From Gordius albopunctatus (Eukaryota), in NCBI GenBank assembly GCA_964276515.1, contig OZ193910.1, forward strand, positions 5,518,001 to 5,582,000: 64,000 bases of DNA. Direction: 5' to 3'. The notes under the pieces were generated by a model. The model had not been told where the DNA came from. It did not search any database and worked only from the letters and a program-made list of their open reading frames with translations. Made by a program: the position numbers and the translations under genes. Numbering within the stretch: position 1 is the stretch's first letter; each line of letters begins with the position of its first letter. Shown piece after piece: positions 35,321-49,500 of the stretch.

Positions 35321-36951
35321 CAAGCGCGTAGGGAAGGGGGGGGGGTTTCGGGTTTGAACCCCCCCCCCCCCTCCTGGATATTATTTTTTTTCAAAACACA
35401 ACACAAAATTATTGACAACGCAAAATTATTGATAATCATGATTATAATTAATTTAGCTAGTGTCAAGTGCTGCGTTTATATTTATATATATATATATATA
35501 TGTTAAAAAATTAAGTCGACAAGTTAATAAATTTTGAATTTCGGAATTTGTATTTTTGATTAAAAGCTTCCAAAGTGATCTTATTTGTAAATTTAAGTTC
35601 CGCACCTTATTATGAAGCGATATTCCATTTATACATACTTCCCTAAAAAGAGTAACATTTGCATTTCTGAGGAGAAAGATACAAATAGTCTTGTCAAAAA
35701 AATCACTGATTTTATATCAACCCCCAAAAGATTTAATCTTTTCACTTCTAAAGTATTGTCATTGTCGGATAACCCTAAATTCACAAAATTAATATCACTG
35801 TGTGAAACTAGATGGACACAAAAGCACAATTCTGTTCAAAAATTCTGTGAAGCGAAGGAAGCAATATTTGCTACCTTGGAGGAGATGTGTGAATGGGACG
35901 ATGAAGAATCATCGTCCAATGCGGCGATTTTGCTTTCATCATTAAGGACATCCAACTTTTGGCTGTCATTGTACATGCTAAATCAAATTTTCTCTTACAC
36001 TATTAATCTTAGCAATTATTTGCAAAGGATTAATATAGACCTTTCTCAGGCCATAAATGCAGCCGAAAATGCGTTTATACAGATTCAACATTTGCGGGAA
36101 AATTCCCAAGACGAATTTAGAACAATCTACAATGATGTCTCGTCACTAGGAGATATATATGATTTCAAAATTACTATTCCTAGGAGAGCCTCACGACAAA
36201 CTCTTCGTTCAAACATTGAAACATCTTGTCCAGAAACTTATTAGAGTTTCGTTGCATAACTCCTTTTTAGATGCGGTTTTGGTGGAACTTGATGAAAGGT
36301 TTCTAAAAAACAAGATACTGTTGGGATTTGATTCCCTTCTAATTAAGTTCCCTGTCATGCTCTCAACAGAGATATTAAATAACTTTCTTCAATTGGCAAA
36401 TTTTTATGTAACAATTCAAATCTGATATTAAATTGTGGTATCAGTCGTTCAAGGACTGTGAATTAGAGAATTTGCCTACCAATGCTGCATTGGAAACATT
36501 AACCAATCATGCGTCCAAATTAAAATTACATCCAAATATAAAAACATTATACCATATTTTAGCCACACTCACCGTTACAACATGCTCTAATGAGAGATGT
36601 TTTTCAGCTTTAAAAAGACTAAAAACTTACCTCAGGAACACAATGGGACAATAAAGGTAAATTAAATGGTTTTACTAATTTTTAATTTAGGCTTACTGGA
36701 TTAACCTTGTTAAATGTACATAGACAATATACCCCCAAAACAGAAGATATTATTAATGCATTTTTATCTAAAAATCGTCGATATTAATTGTTTATAGTTT
36801 TTAAATATTTTGTTATATTATAATTTATTTTTGTTGTATTTTTACTTTACTTTCAATAATATATGTCGAAAATAAAATTACTTCCAAAAAAATATGGCTT
36901 CAAAAATTTTAACCCCCCCGCCCCCTCTAGCAAATCCTGGCTACGCCCTTG
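35321..36951 (+). mobile_element. hAT transposon (ZMYM1/Tip100-like transposase remnant), internally deleted
   Basis: Perfect 8-bp TSD caatacac; imperfect TIR caagcgcgtag / ctacgcccttg; motifs LCETRW, LSNYLQ, TVTTCSNERCFSALKRLKTYLRNTM; frameshifts. Confidence 0.9.
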
Positions 36952-37270
36952 CAATACACAAACATTGATTGATAATAATGATCAACAGTCAATCCTTATA
37001 TAAAGATAGTATTTATAACCTTTATAACAAAGGGTTACAACAGGACACTTCTTTCCCTGATACTTACATTATCAACCAATAAGAGCAGGTAATGGACAAT
37101 AATTTTTCCACATTATATATCAGGTGACAAAAGTTAAACAAACACAGCATTTATTACGGCATAACAATATATTAAAGGTAAGGTATAAAGATTGTCATAC
37201 AAATTATTTGCAAACAACAAGTGGTCCTAAGGATTTTACTAAAGTAACTCCAAACATCCCTTTTTGAATG

Positions 37271-38672
37271 TTACTCAAATAATTTAGCTTTAATCATTAA
37301 TTTCATTTTGCATAGTACACGCGGGTTAGATGGGATATACAATAACGGATTAATTAGAGGTCTTATTAATGTAAGGCTGTCGGCGAAACGAATGAAATAG
37401 TAATATATGCCTGTTCTGGAGTCTAGACTTAGTCTACAAGTTTGACGTATTATTAATACTACTGCGACTGACTCAGGGATGATAGTTAATAAATACAGAA
37501 ATACCGCTATTAATAAAATGTAAGTAAGTCTGGTATCTTCTTTCCTTGTAACAAAACATTTTAGGCTTGAAGTGAAACAGTGACGCATACTACCTTTTTT
37601 AGTTTTTAAATCCTTGTCTAATTTATCTGTGCTATGCTTTTTTGTAATTTGTTGAAATTTCGTCACAACATTTTTTGCTTCTGATCGTGCCTTTAAGGTG
37701 CTTTGCAAACTTTCACTCGTCACGGGTTTTATTGTATTCCGAGATTGAAGCAAAACCTTAGCTGAACTGAAGGAAAGGGGCAATCGGCAAAATGACCTAG
37801 GAACAGAAACTAATTTTTTAATAATGTAAATACTGAGAAGAGTAAATTTTATAGTTGGGATGGCGCAGCAAATCAATTCTCTCGAAATGATAAAGATTTT
37901 TAGACCCATTGAAAGGTAAGTTTCGATTGAAGTACGGCATTTGCTTGTTAGTTCGCTTTAAAGAGTTTTCCATCATTAATGCAAGATTTTTTGAAAAGGG
38001 CTTACAATTGACATTGTGTGCCTTTAGTTAAATGGAATGTGGTAGTCCTTGAAATAAAACGGTCGTACTATTAGTAGCTGTGAGAATATTAGTGAATGCC
38101 AAATTAAAAATGTAATGATTATTATTTGAGCGGTTATTTAAATTACATATACTGAAGACTCTCTGTATCTTATAGTTGTCGTGTTTCTTAATGTCGTAAT
38201 AACGGGTAATACCAACCGTTGGCTCGTACAAATAAGCTAGAAAAGAGATTCCAGAAACAAATAAGGGCATATATTTGAAAGCCTTAGACTGACACCACGT
38301 CATATAAAAACAAGGTTTGCAAACGAATATGTATCTATCAAAACACAGAATCAGTAGATTCAGAATAGAGCATTTCATGAAGCCATTGCGAAGGGGAAAG
38401 CCTATTTTTGATAAAAATAAATTCCAGGTGCAACTTTGGATGTATGATGCCTTTAATAGATAACCCAATTTGTTCATTAATGCCCAAAATATTCCAAACA
38501 CCAAGGTCAAAATATCACCGAAGCATATGTATCGGAGGAGATGATAAGATTTAGAGCGCCATTGGAATTTAAGGAGCATATATAAAGCAATTAAATTACA
38601 CAAAATTCCCACAAAGATTATTAAGGAAAGTATTATTAAAATGCCCACTAAATGAAAAGTAAATTGGGCCAT
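37271..38672 (-). pseudogene. Rhodopsin-family GPCR, split by a stop and a frame change in ECL2 (pseudogene or spliced gene)
   Basis: TM1 GILCNLI, TM2 D (FGDIL), DRY (CFDRYIFVCKP), TM6 TIIPE, TM7 INPLLY; two ORFs in different frames (38028-38672 and 37271-37909). Confidence 0.65.
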
Positions 38673-40552
38673 AATTGAACTAAATTAGCGATTAATCAAT
38701 GTATAATTTAGGTTAGAAAATTTAATTTTTTCGACAAAAAACGATTCATTTATTCATAGTGACAGATTGTGAAGGTAGCTGTTAGTTGATTAAATATTTA
38801 GAAGCTTAGTCACCTACTTTACGCATATTAGCCTATTTGTTGTAATCAAATATAATAAGGATTTTTTTGGTGATAAATAAAATGAGTCAGATTAATTTTG
38901 TGGATTTTTATTGCCTATTGTTAAAACCCCCTTTACTTTTGTAAAATTAAGACTATTAACTATGAATAAATTAGCATGAATGAAACTCATTATTGAAATT
39001 TACCTTTCCTTTATATGAGCACGGGAAATTATCTATCTAATTATTTTAGAGTTCTAGAGAAAAAGAAATTATAAATATTAATAAACAAGTCTTTATAAAT
39101 GATTTATAGATAAAAATTTAGAATAAATGTGTCATCTTTAAAACTATAGCTAACATCTAAATATTACACTATGGGTAGAAATTTGGCACGGGATAAATAA
39201 AAAAATTATCTAGCTTAATTTTAAAAAACTGATTTTTCGTATTAGCATGAGCTATAATGCAAATGGAAAACACTAGTTAGAAAGTTTAGACAAAAAATCA
39301 ACGCATGAAGAAGAGAAAAAATGAATATTGCCAAGGGACTAAAAATCTCATTTTTAACAAAACGCTGTTATCGAAGCTTTAAACAAAGCTTGATTGATAT
39401 AAAATGAAACAGTGCTATCAAATTATGGCGAAAAAATTGATAATGCATTCTCCTAAGACACCCGAAGTGCTCCGTGGTAATATAAAATAGTTTTAGAATT
39501 TTAAAGTACGCTATTCAAATTTATGGGATGTTATTTATTAAGCTAAACTCTATAAATATATCATATCTTAACGGTTAAAATTTAAGTATTAAAAGGAAAA
39601 AACTAGATGAAATGCTCAAGAGCTTGGCCTGGCAATTAGCAATACCCCCCTAATAAAGAATTACGCACGAAAGCAAATCAAGTTGCACAATTTTATCTCT
39701 ATCAACATCAACACTCCGCAATCAAATGCATCCTATTGAGCGCATATTTGATCTCTAAAAGGCTGTTAGTAATGGACTTCATATAAGAGGTGATAAAAGG
39801 CCGAAAGCCTTAAGTAATTAAATGAAGGCTCAACGAAAATGTCCAACAATTGCAGGAAGATTTTAAGAAATCCTTTAATTTAGGAATAGTGCTTCAGTCA
39901 TGCCAGCACAAACCAAAACTGTGCATACATCTACTTCAAATTAACATTTTTTGCAAGATTTACTTTGAATCACATTTGAAATGTGAGAGGGGTTTACGGT
40001 GTATCGTGCTAAATATATTTTAGGAGGCCGATTGCTAAAAATGTTGATTGACAAATCATGCTTAATACAAACACGCACCAATTGTCTTTTATATTACAAA
40101 ATTTTCAAAAATTACTATGTATAAAAGTATTTATATAATAATGACGCGCGCTACATGCTTATTGCGTTAAATAAAACATCAAAATTGATACGATATCATT
40201 AAATCTAGGGACTAAGAAGCTACAAAAAATTCTATACATCGCTTCAAAAGTAAAAAAAACCATTATTAGATATATACATAAATTGGATTACAAAATTATT
40301 TTATAATATAAACTTTTTTACACGCACACACGTAAACTATATTATGCTAGAAAGTAGAGATTATTCGATCCCTCCAGTAATTACTATTAAAGGGTCATTC
40401 AATATAGGTTGACAAGAAGGGGAAGGAATTCATGATAATTTACCATTTCAAATTGGTAAATGGGATTTTTTATCGTGGATATGGGAGTAATGCAAAAAAA
40501 GTGCATAGAACCCTAAAAAAATAAAAGAGGGGGGGGGAGAGAGTTTGGAATT

Positions 40553-43500
40553 TTAATCGTTGAGAGTATCGGAGGCAGCTGTGATTGTATAAGACAAGAC
40601 TGCGACGTGCTTTTTGATGAGTTCGATCAAAGCGTCCAAAGCATCACTTCGGAGCGCGTTATGGTGAACCGGTTTATGCACGTTATTGACGGAAGGATCT
40701 TCGAAATCGAGTTCGTGCGCGATAAAAGTATAATCCAACGCCTTGACCAAGCCTTCGTTATGACTCGTGAGTGAGGGGGCATTCAGGGTTGAATAGTGAT
40801 CGGTCTTTAGGTCGAGTTGGGTGAAGATGTATTGATTGGTGTACATACGAGACTTGAGGATGTAAAGGAGGTCGGAGAGGGCTGGAAATCCGGTGCCGTT
40901 GTAAAAATTGAAGAGGGAAGGAGCTAAGAGTAAATGCTTGTACCAAGGCCGACCCGGGAGTCCGTTGGTGTCGAGAAAGGCGCGCTCCAACTGCATGAGC
41001 TTGTCATTGTAAAGGCGTACTCTTACGGGGTCCGTCTTGTCCAGTTCGATTTGTGTGGCACGGACGAACCCGTCGGCTTGCAGGGTGAAGGTCTGAATTG
41101 CTTCTCTCAAGATCGCTTTAATATTTGGCAAAATACATGTAACATTTTGATTTTTACCGAGAAAAAGATTTTCTTTTAAGAGTCATTTTGAACTTTATCA
41201 ATATTTATATTGGCAGCTGGGAGTTTAATTAACAATGGAATAATTTCGAACAATGTTAAATTACATATACTTATATATATATAAACTATTACACCTACCC
41301 ATACCCCCTTTAAGGGGCAAGCTCCTTTTATCAAGCTACTAACAATTCAAAAAATTGGAATATGCTGGATTAAATCATATATTAAAATTATACAATTATG
41401 TTTGTTAGCATAGAATAGATGACAAAACTTAAATGCAAAAGATCGATGTGCAAAGAATTATTTTCAGTGTACTGAAACAAGTATAAGATTTGTATGCGTT
41501 TAAATTACCATAAATGTTATACTATTCCTAAAATGATGCATGAAAAGAAGTATCGGACTACTTTGCATATAATGCCACCAACAATTACTCAGCTACAAAA
41601 TTACGAATTTAAAGGTGTAGAATTGCTTCTCAATTTCTCCCCTAAAACGTAATCCTCAAGTTTATTTAATGTTTTATAAAGATCTTCAGACATTGAAAAT
41701 CCGTTTAGCATTATCAAAAAATCATGGCAAAAGTGTCATACACAAGGAGATGCCGTGTTGCTTTAACGTATCTCCGTAGTTTTTTTCGATCGTATCCAAG
41801 TATGCGTGCATGGCTTTGGCGTAATAGTCCAAACTGAAAGGCAGCATGTAGGAATCAACAAGTAGACGGGCTAGCTCGGCCCAGTACTGGGATATGGCTT
41901 TGTGGTATACGAAGGTGGGATCTATGAAGGTGGACACTTGGCGATAGGTATCGTGAATCGAATGGTACAATGGGTAGGAAGCTATTTTCATTTCATCCTA
42001 GATTATGATTTTTTACAAAATACAAGGTTTATTGACATATATATATGGGTATATTTAAGTATTTTAAAATGGTACAGTTATAAAATGTTGATATAACAAC
42101 AAATTGCATTTTAGTAGTATAATAGGACCTCATCTTCCATTTTTAACATATAGGCTAAAAATATTCTATTGCAATTAAGCAAATAATTTTTCGGATAAAA
42201 ATGCTAGGAAATATTTAAAGGAGATGAATGTTTACCTACGCCTCTAAAAAAATTCTCAAAAAACTAAAAGGATATAAAGAGTTAATTGTAACAGATTCTT
42301 TTGCATAGTTATAAAATAATGCACCTTAACTTTTTTAAACTAATAAAATATTTTATAAAGCAAATTTTATTCTCACTCATGGGTCTATAGCAAGTTAATA
42401 TAAACTAAAATTATTTAGGAGTGAAATTAATGCACGAGTCACCCGTTAGGATTAAAAAAAGTAAATCACAATCGGTTTATGCGAGAAAATAAAAAAATCA
42501 ATTTAGGTTTGAAAAAATTGTATTTAATAATAATCAAACGAGCAAGACATACGCTTTTTAATGTATATAATGTAGCATGCTTTATTTTAAATTATTTATA
42601 TAGGAAAATTAGTAAAATAGAATATTTAAGAGCCAAGGCTATAATCCTACAAAAGGTTTATATAACACTGGTCAACAAATAATGGACTTGTGAAATTAAC
42701 CTGCGAACTATTTGCAGATTCTGGTAGAGTATTTCACGGTGAACACAAATATGTTTTTTTGTTTTTTCCCTATACGTCAAGTTTTTTAAATATTCGCTGT
42801 CAAAGTTGCTAAAAACGCGATCTTAGCGTTTTTCAAACGTCAATAACTTGCAAATTAATCGGTAAAAATTTTATTTAATAGATTTAATACGTAGATATAG
42901 GGGAGAGGAATGTATTTACAATTTTTTTATCGTAGCACTTTTACTTTTTAAATTATATACAAAATTAATTATCCCTACTACCTTTTACATTGACAAATTA
43001 CCCCAGACTTCTCTTCAAAACTAGGAATTAAGTGAGTGTTGTTGTTTTGGTAATAGTAGTAGTAGAGTAGATAAACAACAACACAAACAACAACACGCAC
43101 TTAATTCCCAGTGTTGAAGAGAAGGGAGGGCGCCCTCAAGTCTGCTGTAATTTGTCAATGTAAAAGATAGTAGGGATAATTAATTTTGTATATAATTTAA
43201 AAAGTAAAAGTGCTACGATAAAAAAATTGTAAATACATTCCTCTCCCCTATATCTACGTATTAAATCTATTAAATAAAATTTTTACCGACTAATTTGCAA
43301 GTTATTGACGTTTGAAAAACGCTAAGATCACGTTTTTGGCAACTTTGACAGCGAATATTTAAAAAACTTGACGTATAGGTAAAAAACTAAAAACATATTT
43401 GTGTTCACCGTGAAAAACTCTACCAGAATCTGCAAACAGTTTGCCGGTTAATTTTTCTTGTTGAACCGTGTAATTAATCCTATTTACAATGAAGAAAAAG

Positions 43501-46500
43501 ACATTATTACAATTTAAATTTTCCCTGCTCCAAATTTGCCGTAGTGACCTTATATCAGGTTTTTACACAAAATCATATACAAATTGATAAATGTAATTAA
43601 ACGCAAATGTCATGACATTATTTACGGTTGTTTATATAAAACATTTATTGGCTGCTAGGCTTTTAAAAATTTCGCTTTCTAAACGCTAGCCATTGAGCTT
43701 AAGGACGAAGAATGAGTTACATTGTTATATAGGTATCTAATGTCGACGGAAGATACACCGGCTATGTTGAGGAAGGATACGAAATCACTGCCAGACCCTA
43801 AATTACTAATGCGGGGATGCGTGTCCTGGGGGTCGGCCAATTTATCTCGCGGCTCGGTATGGAGCCATGTGTCGTATACCGTTTTTCTACCCAGAGCGAC
43901 TTCGACAGGATTTGGATTAGGGATCTAGAAGATAAGAAGGCAACATTGAGCTAATCACTAATAAATCACTATAAACCAAGATGATTAACTAATAAGAAAA
44001 TATAAGAATCGAAAATCTTACCAGTTTAGCCGCGTCATAGATGGCGGTTGATAGAATGGGTGAGGCAGATATCCTCAGGGAATAATTACCTTCAATTAAA
44101 TAAAATAATAAAACTTAAGAGTTAAAAAATCAAAGATATTAAACTATATTTTAAACAACATAATACCCGGCGATAAACATGCAAAATTTTCGAAGCAAAT
44201 TGAATCACTATATAAATTTAACGGAAAAAATATATTCTTAACTAGGGATAATTTGGCGATATTTATTGGTAAAAATATTAGTTTGTAACCTAACACAGAA
44301 ATGTCGACGTTAAGATAAGCGACCGCCCTATTTTTTAAAATCCTGATATGATCCTCCACCCATTCGGTTGATCCTATAATGGAATATTCTTCGGCGTCCC
44401 AGCTAGCAAAAATCAAGGTTCGCCTCGGCTTCCAACCTACATATAAATGACGCAGTTAAAAAAACATTAATTAAATTATATTTATTTATCGTTTTATGTT
44501 TATATATGTGACTTAGTATTCGTACAAATTTACTTCTTAAAAAATATATTTTCAATGTACGGCATAGTTAAGCGCTAATATCGGTCGAGTGCTTTGCACT
44601 TTAAAACATTCCAAAAATATTTAAGCGAAGCAATTAACAATTCTATCATGGGCGAAGCCTGCATTGGGATTAGAGGGGGGCAATAATGATTTAGGGAGGG
44701 GCAAAATGATCATTTTTAGAAATTTTCTAGCCATAATTTTCATAAATTTGAACAAATTTTTTGATTTAGAGAGAAAGCTATATTTTTTTATGAACGATAA
44801 AAACGGGTTATATCAGTGCCAGTATGTTCTTACTTTAATTACTAATTGACCCGGCTACATCGCTACATAGAGGACATCATCTTATTTAAAGTTATTAATT
44901 AATAAACATAATTTTAAAAACAATCCAGAATTTTGCTCAGCTTAAAGTTAAAGGTGTTAAGAACGCATATGGTTATTAAACTTGGTAAAAAAAAGTGTAT
45001 TAGAGTAGGGCAGTACAAATAAATACCTTGTTGCCTGAGAAGTCCAAACGTCTTGACAACTTCCATGAGGCAAGCGGTTCCACTGGATGGATCGCTGCCT
45101 CCAAAAGTCCAAGCATCTCTGTGATTGCCTAGAATGACGTATCGGTCTGGTTCGATGGAACCATTGATTCGCCCTATTACATTTCGGATGGGCTTCTTAA
45201 CGCTATCCAGGTTCACCTCCAACTTAACGCTCCTTAAACAAACATTAAAAACCAATTCAAGTGAAGGTCGATTGAAAAATATAATTAATGCTAACTGACG
45301 CTAAAACCAAAGTTTTAAAAGCCAAGTAACGCTTTACGCCTTTTAAACAGGTTGTATTACCATAGAAGAGTTTAACTAATAGAAATTTTGTGGAAGCTCT
45401 ACAATATAAATAGAAATTAATCTAAAAGCCACAATTCCAATATAAAATTCAAACAATTTTCTAAAATAGTAAAACTTAGCAAAATCAATACATAGATATA
45501 ATAAAAAAATAATTTTAAGCGTTTTTTCCCAAAATAAACATGCCATTGAGGGCATGCATGTCACCATTAGCATATCGGTTTGGCTATTTAAAATGGAAAC
45601 TGATGCGCAAATAAATTACAAACAAAATTATGATATAACACGTATAATTCCACCAAAAAATAAATATGTTCAATGAAAAAATACTAAGCTTTAAACAAAA
45701 TTTTTGTTGTTTTATAAACATATTGTTTTACCATCCAGCTCGGTCGCCGATGAAACCGGGCCCGACATTGTAAGGCACCTCTAAGTTACCCAGCCAAGTT
45801 GAAGGGGCCTTTCGACCGCCCATGTTTTGTAGTAGATTCAAGGCGTCCCCGTATGATATGGGACGGACCGGGATGGATGGGAGCAAACCCTTCTTAGGAA
45901 TTTCCCGATACATATATTCTACGACAATTTAAGTTAAATTACAGAGTTTCAAAATCCTAACACGGATGGTAAAGAGGGTCATGATGACCTCAAACTTTTC
46001 AAATTTTAAAAGCATATTTAAACTCTTATCTGTAAATTGATGTATTACTTTGGGTATTTGAACAAGTGGTTATAAATTTATAATTACAATTAATACGACC
46101 CCCCAAATTTGCCCCTATGTGACTATATTTATTCATAACAAATTTTTTCCTCCTATATTCATAATTTAATTTATAAGATCATATAAAATAAGGCTGGAGC
46201 TAAGAATATAAAAAATTTGGCATAAAAAAGCCTAGAAACAAAAAATAGAGATGTCCAAACATAGGGAATTTTCGGACCTATGTTTTTAGGGCAAAATGTT
46301 ACTACTGTTCTTAACCATTATTTTTCTAATTTTTGGACTTGCAATTTTTTAAATAGAAATACATCATAGAAAGTTAGAATTAAGGATAGTAAAAAAAATT
46401 TAAATTTGAAAGCAGAAATCTTATGAGGCTCTAAAAAATTTTGTGTAAAAAATGACATTTCCTACATGTTTTGTTAGTTTAAAATAGTCAGTTTATAAAT

Positions 46501-49500
46501 ATAAATTGGTAATCATGATTTTTTAAATTTGGCATAAAAAACCTCAAAATAAAAAAAATAGAATTGTCTAAAATGAAGCAATTTTTGACCCTTTATTTTT
46601 TAAGATAGGAAATTTCGATTGCTATTCATCCATTTTCTTTATAATTTTTCAACTTAGTTATATATTTTTACAATAGAAATAAATCTTAGATGGTTAGATT
46701 TTAGTATATGAAATTAATCTTCATGTAATATCTTAAAACAGACATTATATAGGGCTGTAAAAACGATCAATTTTGCATAAAAATGACACTTCCTGTTCCT
46801 ACACATATTTAATATCAAATTTGATTTGTTTTAAATTAACAAGAAAGTTTTAATTCAGTTTTATTAATATAAGTACATAAATCTGATTTTTTAGTTTATT
46901 AAATCCTAAGCTACAATAATATTAACTATAAAGTATAAACTCTTCGTTTATCTATTTATGGCCACTTGATAAAATGTTATATTTTTATATTTATATACCA
47001 TAGCACTTTTAATGTTATACATGTTGAAATATCAAAGTGCACAGGAAAATTTACGCAAATGAGCACTTTAAAATACCATGAGGAAAATTAAATATCTTAA
47101 AATCCAAGTTTAAAATATAAATATCTCAAATAAAAGGAAATGTTTATAAAAAATTTATATACAAATAGGAATAATGGATATTGATAATAAATTCAAAAAA
47201 AATTTGGAATTTTTTTTTTCATATTGTGGAACGTGGCCCTGGAAGACCACGGGCATCTAAAACACTTAAGAGATATTCTAGATTAAATCTTATTAAGCTA
47301 CTGAAAAATGAAAGTATAACAATCACTAACTTAATTTGTCCAACATTTATAAACCGCTTGGGGTCCTCATTGACCCCACCTAGCCAACGGAGTGTTAATC
47401 AAAATATAGCGACTCCCAGCTAGTAGATTAGTTCACAAAACGATTAAAACTGGATAATTACCATTTACTGTTAAAGTGAATCAGTCCTTATTTTGCAGTG
47501 TGTTATCACAATAATTAAAATATGCAAAATCAAACGAGACTCTCTCCAAAATAGTTGTGGTCCTAAAAATGCTTAAATTAAAAATAACAGATATATTACC
47601 TATCAAATCCTGTTGATTTACTCAAAAATGTAGTATTGATATAGATAGTTTTTAAGGCCAAACTCTAAGAAAACAAAGCGCATTAAGCATTATAAATAAC
47701 GAGAAAACCCCTCCTAACAAAAATTTAAAGTGTAAAACAGGGTTCAATTTATTATTTTGTACCGAAAAATGTTTCTCAAAGAGAATTAAAAAAAATCTAG
47801 CCCGGGGTTCGGCTGGGACACATATAAAAATCAACTTTATAAGGCATTACGTGCAAAGTTAGGGCAAAAAAGAATTAGACAGCCTGCTCAAGTGTCATTA
47901 ATGCATTTGGTCTCTGATCTGTTGCTGCAAATTTGTCAAAACTTTGGAACACTCTCAAATCGGCATAAGAATGATATGCTCGTAAAATTTACTACTAAGT
48001 GTTAAAAGTAAAATGAACCCCACTTATTTTTTTGGTCAAGCCACTCACTGTTAGCGGGGTAGCCTATGGTTAGGGGGTCTCCATTCATGTCGTAAACTGA
48101 GCCCCGTTGAACGCCGCCCTTCGGCAAAAACCAATCGTGAGGGTAAGTTCGTTCTTGGCTGTGGGATTGAGGAGCGTAATCTTTGGGATCCGAATATATT
48201 ATAACGCCCGACACGTTAAACATCTCAGCTGTAGATACCTAAAAATATTTTTACAAATTAAATGCACGAAAGGAAAAACGAAGGCTTTTAGTATGAGGGA
48301 ACAAATTATTTTGCTCTTGATTCATAGCTTTATATTCATTTGGTTAATATTTTTAGGGGTATGGTTCTGAAAACATTTATCCTTAGGCGAGCGTTTAATT
48401 TAATTTAAACTCTCGATATATAAATGTTGACCATTCAAATACAAATTTGTTATTATGATAAACACAATAGTTCAAGATATTTGGTTAATTGAAAAATTAT
48501 ATTTTGGCATTGGAACTTGGATTTTTATTTCTAGCTAGGGCGTTGGCAAACTCAAAATATAAGAAAACTCCTAATTATATTAAATATCGATTTTGTAAAG
48601 GTCTTGTATATTAACATCATATGACCTTTGAACCACGGAAGATGTGGCCGTATCGAACCAACGCTATTTTACCGGTGAGGTTGATGTTGAGCACGTTGCT
48701 CAAAAAGTCGAAATCTTCGTAGGTACCATAGTTGGCGTACACTATGTCACTCTGAAACAGTTGAGCAAAATTAAATATACTTGCTCAAAATATATATAAG
48801 AATAAAAGATGAAGTATATTATGCCAAATGAAACCGTGGGATAAAAGTTTGGGGAATGATTAGAAGATTACGAAAAGTTTATAAAGAGCCTTTAAGTAAA
48901 GAACTAACCCTTTTATCACCATCTCTCGTTCAATTAAATAGCGAACGGTAAACTGAGAGGATCGGCTTCGTTTGACATTAATTGTAACTATCTCGTTTAG
49001 AATTAATCATTTCGGTTTAGTATGGGGGAAAAATTCAATTTACAGGAATTGAACGGGCAATTAAGCTGCGTGGTCTTGCGAAAAAACTGTTAAATTGATA
49101 GATACTTGCTTGACCGGATAAAAATTTCACGACCCTTGTGTTATTTAAACCAGCCCCTTCCCTTAAATACCTTGTTAATATTGCATAAACCCCAAAATAG
49201 GCAAAAATTTAAATTCCGCGAGGAGTCAAAGTATTTTGTCCATAAAAAAAACACGGTGTAATCTTAGTAGTTCAGCGAATTGAGCCAACACAATAAAAAT
49301 GGGTAAGGGATTGAGGGAAAATGGATTGAAAAGCTTTTGAGCGCCATTAAATTACGGTGACATTGCCGTTGGCAGAGTAGGCGTTGAAGGGGGGCACGAC
49401 GTTAGGATCCCTTTCGTCGGGTGTTAGGGGAGGCTCTTGTACATTGGACATCCACCTCACGTTACCCAGCGGATCCAACAAGGATATTCGGTTAGCTTTC

